Assembly (NCBI RefSeq): GCF_009914755.1
Contig: NC_060926.1
Length of the DNA stretch: 64,000 bases
Origin: the human T2T-CHM13v2.0 reference genome, Homo sapiens
Strand: one strand, 5' to 3'
Every line of letters begins with the position of its first letter. Positions within the stretch are counted from its first letter, which is position 1. Below the pieces are notes generated by a model. That model was given only the letters and a program-made list of their open reading frames with translations, did no database searches and was not told the origin of the DNA. The position numbers and the translations under genes are program-made. Below, one piece after another: positions 1 to 12,660 of the stretch.

Positions 1-389
1 CAAGTTTTATAATCTACATTCTAAACAATCTTCAGGCATTTTTACATCATTAAAGTCAGAAATGTATTTGTCTTTTTCCATTCTCTGAGCAATTTTTACA
101 TTTGCTGCTATTTCTTAAAAATCACCAACAGGGATGGGTGATTTTTGCTACAGGTTTCTCAGTACATTGAAGTAAAATTCATCTGTACCTGTGATGAGTA
201 AACTCATCTGTGGTATTAGGGGTCTTTTACTAGGATACTCACTCAACCTTTTATTTCATATTTACTATGTTTGTTTTATTCTTTTTGACAGAAAATATAA
301 AAGCAAAATTATGTCAATAATAGTCTTTTCCTGGTTTTGCACTAACCTTTTCTACCTGCCACAAGAGATGGACTTATTCCTTCCTTTTT

Positions 390-1000
390 TTACCTGTCTG
401 CTCCCAAAGATAGCCTCAGAAAACCATTGGTTTGTGGCCAATAGCCACAACTCTAGTTCTTTCTGTCCTTCAGTTTTCCTGACATTCTCATAAACACCTG
501 CCACCTAGGAGGCACTAACGTGCTTGTTCCCTCAACAAAGTGCTCTTCCATTCTATTCTTTGTCACCTCTTGGGACACATCCTTCTTTTGATGTTCTTGC
601 ATAACTTACTAGATGATGTATCAGAGAATTCCTTCTGCAGCCACATTTGGGTTCCTTACAGTCTCTCTCCCCTTTACTTTCTCATGAACCCTTTGACTAC
701 AAACTCAGAACTCTATGAGCCTCTCAACTGGCCTGGCCTTATTCCCTTGTAGAATCATGCTTGTGGGATCACATGTGGTTTTACCCTGAATTTTTGGACA
801 CTCTGATTGCCTGAAATTGAACTCTACCTAGTGTTTCCTTCTCTCACTTCTATAGCACATATAGATATCAACCTGTTATCCTTTCTGATCAAGACTGCAT
901 TCACAGAAGCAGGTGTCCCTGTTGTCTTCTTTATCTTCTGAGTAATACATAACCAACAAGTATGTAAAGAATTCTTCAGGTGTTCAATTTGCAGCATGCT
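390..1000 (+). mobile_element. Highly diverged LINE2-like fragment
   Basis: Pyrimidine-rich stretch ending in an L2 3'-end-like motif (aggtgttcaatttgc); recognised by resemblance only. Confidence 0.35.
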
Positions 1001-1189
1001 GAGATTTCCAGAAAATATACCCATCTGAAGTTTGTTGCCAAACCACATTCTATCCTTATGACTACTTTGTCATCAAGATCCAGACAATATTAATTTCTTA
1101 GATCAACCATCTATCTACAGAATTGATCTATGATGATTTAACTTTTGATATCCCGATTATTTTTTCTTGAAGCAACTGTCCATGTCATT

Positions 1190-1615
1190 ATTGAGCCTAT
1201 TTGTTTATTTGGGGCTGCCTGGCAAACATTTCTTTACTTCATAACAGCACTCAGGTTTTCTTTTAGGGAATTACCTCTTCCCCTACAGGTTTACATTGGC
1301 TTATCACCATGTTCAGATGTGCTACCCACCCTTCCATCCTCTTTACCTCAAATATGAATCTTGATAAGAAAGACAAAAAGATAATGCTGATGGAATTCAT
1401 GCATTATAACTGTGGCATGTTGAGCAGAGTTTCTGTTCTGAGATAGAATCTGCCATTCCTGATTCCTGGCTTCCTGGAGTCATCTGGGTTACTGTTCTGT
1501 TCTAAGGGTGATTCTCCAGCTTTCCCACAGATTCTGTGTGCTCCCAACAGCCTTCCAACAAAGTTGCTTTTGTTCAAGTTAGTTGGAATTGATTGTTGCA
1601 ACCAAAGAACCCTAG
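1190..1615 (+). mobile_element. Old MaLR LTR (MLT1 family) remnant
   Basis: 3' end aaagttgcttttgttcaagttagttggaattgattgttgcaaccaaagaacccta resembles the MLT1 LTR terminus. Confidence 0.5.
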
Positions 1616-1970
1616 TTGATGTATTCGGAACAAGATCTGTTCTTCAACTGACTTCTTATAATGCTATTCCTTGTCACCAATTCTCCAGTGCCCACAGGAT
1701 CATGGAATCACCCATTCAACTCACTGCAACCATTGATTCGCTTCAGTTTTCCAAAAACATTTCCTCAACAAGCCCACAGGCAGAAACTGAATTAAAATGC
1801 CAAGTTTCATCTATTCACTGCCCCCAAAGTGAGCTATAAATCTGTAGTTACCCAAGGTGGTAAGTCTTGTTTATAGCAATACTGTGTTCTGTAGCCTTAC
1901 CGCTCTTCCTTCTTCTCTCAAGCTCACCCTTCCTAAATTGATACGCCTACCTTCACAGTCATCCCCCCCC

Positions 1971-2228
1971 TTTCTTTTTGAGACAGACTCTTGCCCTGTC
2001 ACCCAGGCTAGAGTGCAGTGGCACGATCTGGCTCACTGCAACCCCCGCCTCCTGGGTTCAAGTGATTCTTCTGCCTCAGCCTCCCGAGTAGCTGGGATTA
2101 CAGGTGCCCGCCACCGTGCCTGGCTAATTTTTGTATTTTTAGTAGAGATGGGGTTTCACCATGTTGGCCAGGCTGGTCTCGAACTCCTGACCTCATGATC
2201 CACCTGCCTCGGCCTCCCAAAGTGCTGG
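1971..2228 (-). mobile_element. AluS, 5'-truncated
   Basis: Antisense Alu body (gagacagactcttgccctgtcacccagg...cctcccaaagtgctgg); cacagtc on both flanks as probable target site duplication (TSD). Confidence 0.95.
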
Positions 2229-3175
2229 CACAGTCCCTTTTAGTGTTTTATGAAATTAGAAAATAAATCCAGGATCACCTCTGAAGACTGAGAATCAATC
2301 CAAAGGAACCGAGCACTGCTTAGTTTTCAAACCATCCCTGCTACCCTTCCCATAGCATCTGGCTTGACCATTTTGAGACTTTTTTCCCTCCCTGCAATTT
2401 CAGCTTAGGGACATACTGATCAGCTCAGTGGCTCTTTTGCCAAACATGTACTTACTTACTTCCCTGTCTTTGTATGCTACAAAGACATTATAGCTGAAAT
2501 TATATTCATATATTGCATTTATACAGGCAACCACCCCACTCTGGTGGCTGGCTGTGTTGGCCCTTCTCCATCAAGTCTCAGATGAACAGTCAAGAAAGAC
2601 CAGATACTTACTAATTGGCTACATCAGGGGCAACGCTGTATCCTTCAGCAGGAAGTCACAATTCACAATCATATTTCCTCCTCCTGGAACCGAGGACTCT
2701 TCTACACTCCCAAATGCCAAGCTGATAGTATTTGAAAGGCAAAAGCTCACAAAATATATATCTTAATTACAGTGCCCTGAACATATTTTTCCTAGCCTGC
2801 TACATCAGGAAGTCATTGCTTTCTACTGCCCACTGGAGTGGACTTTTCCCTCACCTACCCACTTGTGACACTCTTCTTGCAGATGGAGGTCTATATTTTG
2901 CCTCCAGCCAATATGGCAAAAATGACCTCTGTAGACTTAGATGGTGAAACAATGAATATTCTGACCTATTCCACAGTGGCCCTTAAGGGACGAAGGGTAC
3001 AGGGAACAAAGGCAGGATATTTTGCCTCCTTCCATCCGTGTCTGAGTACCTCTAAGGTATACTCCTCTTGGTTGTATGAGACCCCAACCACAAACACCAA
3101 AGCTGTCTCTCAAAAACATCTAAGCAAATTGCAACAAGATCCTTATAATTGCACCCCCTGCCTTTATTCATTTCT

Positions 3176-3483
3176 TGTGTTTTTTGTTTGTTTGTTGTTG
3201 TTGTTTGTCTTTTTTTTTGAGACAGGGTCTCACTTTGTTGTTCAGGCTGGAGTGCAGTGAGGCAAACACAGCCTCCTGGGTTCAAGTCATCCTCCTGCCT
3301 CTGCCTCCCAAGTAGCTGGGACTACAGGTGCGCGCTACCACACCAGGCTACTTTTTGTGTTTTTTTGTAGAGATGAGGATTTGCATGTTGCCTAGACTGG
3401 TATCAAACTCTTGAGCTCAAGCTATCTGCCTGCCATGGCCCCCTAAAGTGCTGGAATTATAGGCGTGAGCTACCATGCCTGCC
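3176..3483 (-). mobile_element. AluJ-type element with small internal deletion
   Basis: Antisense Alu with J-type features (gagctcaagctatctgcc) and a degenerate T-rich tail. Confidence 0.9.
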
Positions 3484-3495
3484 TATTTCTTGGTG

Positions 3496-3784
3496 TTTTT
3501 TTTTAGACAGAGTCTTGCTCTGTTGCCCAGGCTGGAGTGCAGTGGCACGATCTCGGCTCACTGCAAGCTCCACCTCCCGGGTTCACACTCATTCTCCTGT
3601 CTCAGCCTCCTGAGTAGCTGGGACTACAGAAGCCCGCCACCACACCCAGCTAATTTTTGTATTTTTAGTAGAGATGGGGTTTCACTGTGTTAGCCAGGAT
3701 GGTCTCGATCTCCTGACCTCGTGATCTGCCCGCCTCGGCCTCCCAAAGTGCTAGGATTACAGGCATGTGCCACTGCGCCCAGCC
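3496..3784 (-). mobile_element. AluY/AluSc-type element
   Basis: Diagnostic ctgcaagctcc and tgttagccaggatggtctcgatctcc; ctatttcttg TSD on both sides. Confidence 0.95.
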
Positions 3785-4028
3785 CTATTTCTTGTTTTTA
3801 ATCACTTTTGAAATTGCAAAAGCAATACATGTTTAAGAGAGAAAACTTGAGAGAACAGAAGAGTACAAAGAAAGAATAAACTCAAAGCATGCAAAAGCCA
3901 TTCACAGATAACCACTATTAAAACTTTGGAATATAAATATTGTCTTTATTTTGTGTTCTGTGTGCCCAACAGGGAATAAAACGATACTACTCATGAACAC
4001 TTCCCCAACTCAATTAAGTATTATGCTA

Positions 4029-4390
4029 CAGGTTGAGTATTCTTTATCCAAAGTGCCTGGGATTGGAAGTCTTTTGGATTTTGGATTTTTTCAAATTTTG
4101 AATATTTGCATATACATATATGAGATATGAGATATCCTGGGGATGGGACCCAACTCTAAACATAAAATTCATTTGTTTCATATATACCTTATACACATAT
4201 CTTGAAGGTAATTTTATATAATATTGTAGATAATTTTGGGCATGAAACAAAGTTTTGACTGTATTCTAACTGTGACCACATGAGGTCAGGTGTAGAATTT
4301 TCCATTTGTGGTGTCATGTTGGTGCTCAAAGAGGTTCAGATTGTGGAGGATTTTAGATTTCAGGTTTTGGGATTAGGGATGCTTAGTCTG
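4029..4390. mobile_element. Tigger4b/MER46-type TcMar non-autonomous DNA transposon
   Basis: Starts TA-caggttgagtat, ends gattagggatgcttagtctg (degenerate terminal inverted repeat); internal gatgggacccaactctaaac matches the family. Confidence 0.85.
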
Positions 4391-4394
4391 GACA

Positions 4395-5610
4395 TGGTAA
4401 TCTTTGATGGCTGAAGTTTTCATCTAATATATACTGTTTAACCAATCTCCTCTTATTGGGCATTGTGATAGCTTCCCAATATCTCACTATTATGAAACAT
4501 TATATGAAACCGAATATCCTTCTACATAGATCTTTGTTCACGCACATTTATGATTATTTTTCTGAGAGTAGAATTAGTGTGGCAAAGGAATGCTCCTTTT
4601 TCTGAGACACATTATCAAGCTGCATTCCAGGAAATTTGTAACAATTTACACTCCCCTGAGGAGGAGATGAGTGTTTCTTCATAACCGTTCCAATGCTAGA
4701 TATTTTTCATTTCCCTTCTCGTCAATTTCGTGGCAATGTATAAGAATCTCTTATGTTAACTGCATTTTCTTAATTTCTTGATGTAGATTTTTTTCATATG
4801 ATTATTAACATTTGTATTTCAACTTTGGTTAATTAGCTGTTTATATCTTTTGCCTACTTTTCTAGTGATACATTCTTTCTTGTCTATTTGAAAGTACTCT
4901 TTAAAATACTAATAACTCTGTATCCCGTTATATATGTTACAAATAATTTGTGGTTTGTGTCTTCCTTTTGCTTATGCAGAAGTCACCCTGACATTATTAG
5001 AGGCCTTCCCTTTCTTAAGATTATATAAATATTTACCTACACTTCCTTCCATTATTTTATTGCTTATATTTAATTCTAAACCATCTATATTTAGTGCATA
5101 AGACGTATTTCATTATTTTCTAAACAGCCAACCAATTATCCTAACTCCATTTGTTGAACAGTTTATCATCTCCTTATTGATTTGAAATGTTACCTTTATC
5201 ATAGGCTAATAACTCACTTTCAGTCTTTCTACTTAGTTCTACTGAGATTCTGTTTCTGTACCAGCACCAAAGCATTTACTGTAACCTTGCAATATGTTTA
5301 ATATCTGGCAGTACAAATTTACAAATTTGTCATCTTCCCTTGCCCCTACCCCTCATTTTTTTGAAAACACTTTGAATACTCTCCCGTTTGTTTTTCCAGG
5401 TGACCGTTAGAATCATTTATAAGTTCTCTTCCCCATATCCAAACCGTTAGAGGACTGACATTATAATTATACATCAAGTTAGAGATAACTGGCCCATTTA
5501 CAACAAGGAGTTTTCCTAGTCACAAATGTGCTATGCTTCTCCATTTATTCGCATTTCTGTGATGCACCCTGCAGTAAAGTTCCATGGAAGTCCTGCATAC
5601 AACCACCACT
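4395..5610 (-). mobile_element. Old L1 (L1ME-type) fragment
   Basis: T-rich antisense L1 ORF2/3' UTR motifs (gtaccagcacca, ttgttgaacagtttatc); probably continues to about 3800 on the other side of the Tigger4b. Confidence 0.7.
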
Positions 5611-6465
5611 GCTGGATTTATTATTTCTCTGTAACACCGTCAGCTTACTTTTAACCATCCCTGACAGAAAAAGGAAAGGCCTCCAGCCACCAAGCCCTGC
5701 TATAATACCATACATTGGAGGCTGGAAGGGTGTTCCAGGGCTGGAAAGATGGCACAAAAGATTCCGAGTCAGCAGCACGGGCCCCAGTAGCAGCTCTGTC
5801 ACACTCACTCTAGATGACTTTGGCCAAGTCCTTCCCATCCCTGGGTCTCAGTTTACTCCTCTGTAAACTGTGCTGCCTGTCTGTTCCTGGGGAGAGGGTG
5901 CCTGGCTCTGTGCCACAGGCAGAGGCTCCCTGGGCAGGTGAGCGCCTTCTCCCACCAGCTGTTAGAAAAAGGTGGGCGTTGGAATGCTGCTCAGAGGCAC
6001 CCTGGCTTCGCTCAACCTGGAGTTTCACACACCCATTCCTTAACCTCATTCTCTCCCTATTTCATTCCTCTTCCCACGCAGTGTTTACTAAAATCTCTCA
6101 ACACCAGACGAAGCACAAGACCAGGATGTTCTGGGCTGCCTGGGGAATGTTCCCACAACGGTGAGCCGCTGGGCAGAGAATCACACGGTTGCCACCCATT
6201 CAAGGCGGGGGCGCCCCAGTCTCCAACTCAGGGGTCACTGATGTGCTCAAGGACAAGAAAACCATCAGACAATGTCTGAGAGAGGGGCTTTTCCTTCGGT
6301 GCTTACAAATAAAATACAAAAATCCTCACAGGAAAAGGAGGATAAAGGCTGTGGTGGCTTTGCTGTTTGTTTACAAAGCAGTCAAGGGACAAGTGAGAAC
6401 CTGTGTGGCATTTTATACTCACTGTGTCTACCATGTAGGGTCTAGCTATAGGTTCTCTTTTATAG

Positions 6466-6642
6466 TCTAGGAACTTGCTGTTCAAAATGTGGTCCACAGA
6501 CAAGTGCCACTGGTGCTACCTGGGAGCTTGTTAGAAATGCAGAGTGTCAGGCCTCACCCCTGAGCCACTGAATCTGAATCTGCATTTTAACCAGGCCCCC
6601 AGGAGAGTCCTCCACACATTGTAGGCTGAGATATGTAGCTCT
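6466..6642. mobile_element. MER5A-type hAT-Charlie element
   Basis: cctgggagcttgttagaaatgcaga...tgaatctgaatctgcattttaac. Confidence 0.85.
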
Positions 6643-6644
6643 GG

Positions 6645-6822
6645 TTTACCGCCTTTCAATCTTCCACACGCATTGCAGTCACCTTGGAAAAGTACCCATG
6701 CCAGGGCCCACCCCCACACCCAGAGATAATGATTTAATTGTTATGGGGTGCAGCCAGGACAATGGGATTTTTAAAAACTCTTCAGGTGATTGTAACATAT
6801 AGCAAAGTTTGAGAACAACTGG
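6645..6822. mobile_element. MER5B-type hAT-Charlie element
   Basis: gatttaattg...gggatttttaaaaactcttcaggtgatt...tttgagaacaactg. Confidence 0.75.
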
Positions 6823-9194
6823 TCTAGTATACACACAAATAGATTAAAAGAAAAAATGAGAAATCCCTTCCTGGACTATAAATAGAATCATAGAAAGTTT
6901 ATAAACAACTGTAGCAAAATTTATTGAAAATAAATTGAACATATAACCACCAATCTGATGTCTTTACCATATAGTGTCAATAAATGATGCACTTGAGAAA
7001 ATAACAACGAATTGCACTATTCAGAGAAGGTAAAAGATAAGATATTCTCTCTCCCATCTTCTTTCCACCTTGTGACTAATTAAAACAAAACCTCCTCATA
7101 TAGTAATTTTCAAATGATGGCAAATGGGAACATTTTTGTGCTTCAGCCTTAGCACAATTTTCCTTTAGCACTGGAAATTTCAGTCGGATAATGCGCTTTG
7201 CACTGCAGTTACGTAAGTACAGTGGAAGTTCTTGTGTTCACTTATAGAATACAGAGTTTCCTTTTACTCACACACTCCTTTAATGCAGTTGGACATCAAT
7301 CTTTCCCGCTTAGAAAGGAGGTTTTGTTTCACTGCCAGGGGATAGAACTTCCAAAAAACACAAATGTCTTTCAGCATCATGTTGAGTAAATAATCAAGGG
7401 GGTATGAATTGGTCTCTCTCTAACTTCCTGCCTTATTTTGCTTTCAACTCATAGGTGAGTTATGAAAAGACATCTGCCCTAACGTTCTAGCCACCTAGGC
7501 AGGATGTCAGCTCCAAAGACAAGTCTCAGCTTATGGTGCTTCCCATGCTTTTTTTGTTTATCTGGTCCTGGAGTCCGCTTACAAAACATAAAGTGTAGAT
7601 ATGTCTGTGGACCAATTAGTGCCTTTCCATTCAATTCAAGCCATTCATAAAATTGACTCAGAAAAATAGAAAGTGGCTCTTGGTTCAGGTTTCCCCAAGC
7701 AGATCAGGTTTTATATAGGATATCACGATATTCGGTGGGGAATTGATCACAGAAAAACTGACAGCATTCTGTAGTCCAAGCCCAGAGGCAGCACAGAGTT
7801 CACCCACCCACCTACCCATCTACCTTTAATTGAACTCCTATTAAGAAGGCACTGTCAGCTCCTATGGCCCCACCAGAAACCCAGCAAGTTTGCTGAGATT
7901 GGGTCTGAGGACAATGAGTGGAGGTTCAGGATGGTGCTTCCTTCAGGCTATTCAGCAGCCAGGTATGTAGTATCAGGGATGGGGTTGGAATGGGGTCTCC
8001 CAGGACAAACCCATGTTGGGGCATGGCAACAATAAGGTGTGGGGAGGTTGGCCAGGACCAGTGGCTTTCAGTTCAGTAAAGTGTGGGGGGCCCAAAACCC
8101 TCCCAACCCAAACCAAAGTTTTCAGCTTGGTATGATTCAGAAGTCATCCATACCACACCAGGCAAGGAAAGCCCACTCCACTCAAGATGGCTCCACCAAA
8201 GCCCACCTGTGCTTCCATGAGTCTCTGGATTGTGAACTGGCCTATATGAAACTTGGTTTTTAAAAAAGTTCATTCCCTTTATCTTTTTGAAAATTCAAAA
8301 AGTATGAAAGTGTACAATGTCAAGTCTCCCTCTTACCCTGTTCCCAGCCAGCCATGCCCCTTCCCCGGAGACAGTGGCATAACAGGGTCCCATGCACATG
8401 ACTGTTGGCACTGCCTTTATTCTTTGAAGGGCTCTTCCTTTATGAGCAAAAGACACTTTTTGCTGTCCTCTGGCCCCCTAAGGAAAGGCTCACATATGGC
8501 TTCCCTGCCCTGTGCAAGATTCCATGGCTCTGTCAGTTTCCTACCCTCATCCCTTGGGAAGTCCCAGGGCAGCACTCCACACATCATAGAGTAAGAGTGC
8601 ATAAAACCCACCAAATGAGCTGCACAATGGCACATCTCCAGCTTCTTGTAGGTGAGAACTTCAATTCTACATTTTTTAAATTTCTTACCAAATATTAACT
8701 TAGCTCTTTCCTTGTGCAGGAATACTTGGCTAGATGCTGCAGAAAAGAAAAACCATGAGCAAGTCATGCCTTATATTCACAGGATCTTAGACCTGCATGA
8801 GGTCTAAGATTTATGATGATACAGGGAGAGGAAAAAGTATCAAGAAGGGAAGAAATGGTGGAAGGTAAGAATATAGACAAAACTTTGGGACCTGACATAG
8901 CCAGGGCTTGGGAAGGGAAGAAGAGAGAGCAAGCTTGTCCTATATTGATGCGAGCTACCCCATAACCTATAATTGCACCTTAACAGATACTTGAATGCGC
9001 CATTTCCTTCTCCACACCTGGTGAAGGTGGAGCCCAGAGGAGAGGACTCTAGAGCAGGAATTAATGGGCTCTGGCTTGGATCATGGTCAATCGAGCATGG
9101 CCCTGACATCTTCTCAGCTGGACTGTGGTCCCTTGAGGTCCAGTGTGGACAAGATGAGTGGCTGCATGCCCCATTTCTCACCATCGCCAGGCAA

Positions 9195-9335
9195 ACAAGC
9201 ATTATTTTCCCATTTCATAGACAAGGAAACAGAAGCAAGAGGTTAAGTGACTTGTCTAAGGATGCTCTCTGCTGGTTGGCACCAGGGCCATTCCAGAGCG
9301 CCACGACTGTCTGGTGATTCAGGCCCAGGCTTCTG
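9195..9335 (-). mobile_element. MIR
   Basis: cccatttcatagacaaggaaacagaagcaagaggttaagtgacttgtctaagg is the MIR core. Confidence 0.75.
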
Positions 9336-10631
9336 TTTTCTTCTCTCACTGTATGAGGCTTTGTTCACCTTGATGTTTCTGGACATCCCTTTTAATTATT
9401 GAACTGAATTCGTGTAAAGTAGGGGTTTTCCATATTCTCATCTTTAACTTCAAAACCCAGGTTCCATTTCACAACTTTTCCAAATGTTGGGTTAACAAGT
9501 CATAACTACGACCCTTTTACATGTTTCTTAATCACCAATTGTGCTTCAAATGTGCTCTGAAAAACAAAGGTGCCTTTCATGTTATTCCCTGATTAAAAAA
9601 AACTTTACATTTAGTTAGAATGCTAAATTCTATAGCAATTTGTGTCCAATGGTTATAAGACTAATTCATTCTGATTTTAAAACTCATTCTCACTTAAAAA
9701 TTTTAAAATGTAGCCCTCATTCCCTATAGGCTCATATACAAATATGAAAACTACATGTATATATTTATCTTTCATATATTCAATCTCAAATGGTAATGAA
9801 TATTGATTATGGTTCCTGTGCTTATATATAGATGAAAGAATGTACATGATAAAACCCAAATGCTCCACGTACCAAGTTATTAAACATGCCATATACCCTG
9901 TAGTATCAAGCAGTAACTCTCACCATTCACATTTCAGTTTCCTTCAGCAGCACTGACTGCGGCTTTCTATGGGCCAGAGAGCATGTGAGGAGACTCAGGA
10001 GGCCCACCTTCCCTTCTGGACAAGTGACCGGGGGAACCTGGGCTGTTCCACTGCATGGCCTTGACGTGACACTATAGCTTCAAACTTCTTATTCTGTATG
10101 TACAAAATTTTGCAGTGATTTTAGCATAGGAGTCTGGGTAGGAGGGATCTTTCAGGACATCTTTGCAGAAAGACCTAGGACCACCATGGGAGACTCTGTG
10201 AGGCCTCCACCCCCGATTTGTTTTGGTTCTGATGGCTTCTAACCTCTGTGTTTGCCTCCACAGTACCCTCTGAAATGTTCCAGAATCCCCCATATGAGAA
10301 CACACTATTCACCCAAGCACCCACCCCAAAAAGGAAAATGCTAACAACAGTGTAGCCAGCTTTTAAAACAAATAAACTAAAATCTACTCGGCAGCCTCAC
10401 CCATACTTACCAGTGCCATAACAATGACATACCTAATGATGGTTAACAAATGCTTAAGGAGGAACAGAACTTTAGAGCAAGAAGGGAACCTTAGTGATGA
10501 AGAAAAGGAGCTCTAAAGAGGTGACTTCCTAAGGTTGGGACTAGAATCTAGGCCTCTGAACTTCCCACTCAGGACCAACTCGTGTATACGCTCTACATTA
10601 GTACAAATTTGATTTTTCCTCCTTTTCCAAA

Positions 10632-11104
10632 TGCATTAGTTTCCCATTGCTGCTATAACAGATTACCACAAATTTAGTGGCTTAAAATCACCCACATTAT
10701 CTCACATTTCTGGATGTCAGAAGTCTGAAATGAGTCTTATGGGGATAAACTCAAAGTGTCATCACCAGGAGGGATGGTTCCCTCTGGAGATTGTAGGGGA
10801 GAATCTGTTTCATCTTTTCCACCTTCTAGAATCTGCTTGAATCCTCTGGCTTGAGGCTGCATCACTCCAAGCTCTGCTTCCCTCAACACATCTTCTCTTC
10901 TGTTTGTGAACCTCTTCCCATCCTCTTATAAAGGTCTTGTGGTTATACTGGGCCCACTCAGATAATCCAAGATACTCTTCCCATTTCAAGGTCCTTAACC
11001 CCACCTGCAAAGTCCCCTTTGCCATGTAAGGTAGCATAGTCAGAGTTTCTGGAGAATATGAGTTGGACATCTTTGGGGGACCGCAATTCAGCCTTCTGCA
11101 CCAA
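10632..11104 (-). mobile_element. MLT1D/MLT1C-type MaLR solo LTR
   Basis: tgcattagtttcccattgctgctataacagattaccacaaatttagtggcttaaaa...ggacatctttgggggaccgcaattcagcc. Confidence 0.85.
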
Positions 11105-11109
11105 ATGAA

Positions 11110-12660
11110 AATAATTTCCTTCTGTTTGTTCAATCATCTGTCTGTGCTTGGAGTTTTCCTGATAAGTATCTGGCTGCAATGAACACTAAGCTAAGTTTTG
11201 GCACAAATCCACCCATGCTTATTTCCTTAGGATAAATTTTTAGAAGTGTTATTTCTGGGTCAACAGATAAGCAGGGCTTATTTTTCAGCCTTATGATAAG
11301 TATTACCAAATGGCTCTCATAAATGTTGTACAATTTATATACCCAATAAGTCTCCGACCTTATCTGCTTTGTACGCAGCTCTTATTTTTATCTTCACTAA
11401 TTTGACCAATGAAAATGATATTTCATTAATTTGCATCTCTTTGATGACTAGTAAGGCTGGACATCTTTTCTATGTTTATTGGCCGTATGTAGTTTTTCTT
11501 TTGTGACTTGCCTATTCCAATAATTTGCTTATTCTCTTATTGATGTGTTAAAATTTTTGTTATTGGTGTGTGAGTTTATTTTACATATTAAGGATATAAA
11601 TCCTCTTTAGGATTCAAACACTAGCAAATACGGATTTTATTTATAGTGGTTTTCAGGAGATGTTCAGAAAATTATAATTTTTATGTCTCTATTTTCCTTT
11701 ATGGTTTCTGTTTTCAATGCTCTGATTAGACCTCCTTTTGTGTAAGCTATATAAATATCCACTTATTTCCTTGGAGAAATTTTATGCTTCCATTTAAAAA
11801 GTATTTCAATCACCTAGAACTTATTTTAGAATGTCATTACGTTTTTAGATCTAGATTCTTTTTAAATGTTTAACCTACCATCTCAGAATAATTTGTGACA
11901 TGGTCCGCTCCTTCCCTATGGATGTGAAATGCCACTACTATCACATGTCAGCTTATGCATAACTGGGTTTCTTTTGGAGCTTGCCATGCTGGCTCATGAA
12001 TGTGTCTATTCTTGTCCCAGTGTTGCAATGTTTTAATTATTTCAGTGTTTTAATGTTTATTAATATTTGGAGGTACAAATCCCTCCACATTTTACATGAG
12101 CATTTTCTTGTGCCTTAAAGGTGAACTTTAGAATCATTTAGTTAAGTTCCCCCTTATTCATCCTAATCTTGTGGAAAGAGTAACTAGAACTGCCTTGGGT
12201 TTCTAAAGTAATAATGGGAAGAACAGTTCTATAACCTTTTACTTTCCCAGGGGCACAGGTCTCTCTATTAGTCAAATAAATTACCTTAAAAGGAAATTTT
12301 ATGGTATTCTTCAAACAGATTCTGACACATCTTTTAAAGATTATTTCTACTTGGTCTATAGTCTATATTTTACAACTATTTTGAAGGTGATTCTCTCCAG
12401 TATATTTTTTATTGTTACTATGATTATTGTTATTTGAGGGAGATTCTTTTAAGTGTATAATATCATTAACTATAAGCACAATGTTGTACAGCAGATCAAT
12501 AAAGTTTTTCATCTTGCATAACTGGAACATTCTACCGTTTGAATAGTATAATAATTCCCCATTTTCCCCTCCTGCTCAGTATATTTTTAATTGGTTATTG
12601 ATGGTTTATAGGAAAACTACTGACTGTTTTCTTACTTGCACCCTACTGGCTACTTTTAAG
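11110..12660 (-). mobile_element. Old L1 (L1ME-type) fragment
   Basis: Antisense L1 motifs (ttaatttgcatctctttgatgactagtaaggctggacatcttttc); contains a nested younger L1 stub. Confidence 0.75.
12410..12575 (-). mobile_element. L1MA-type 3' end nested in the older L1
   Basis: ttaactataagcacaatgttgtacagcagatc motif; cagtatattttt repeated on both flanks as TSD. Confidence 0.7.

Noticed and set aside
1857-2198. Alu read-through ORFs (also at 3475, 19030, 24877, 38311, 56123, 59545, 63292 and others)
   Set aside because: Typical Alu translations ([27 protein letters not shown]), not genes
6198-6217. CTCF-like gggggcgcccc
   Set aside because: Only the 3' half of the motif matches
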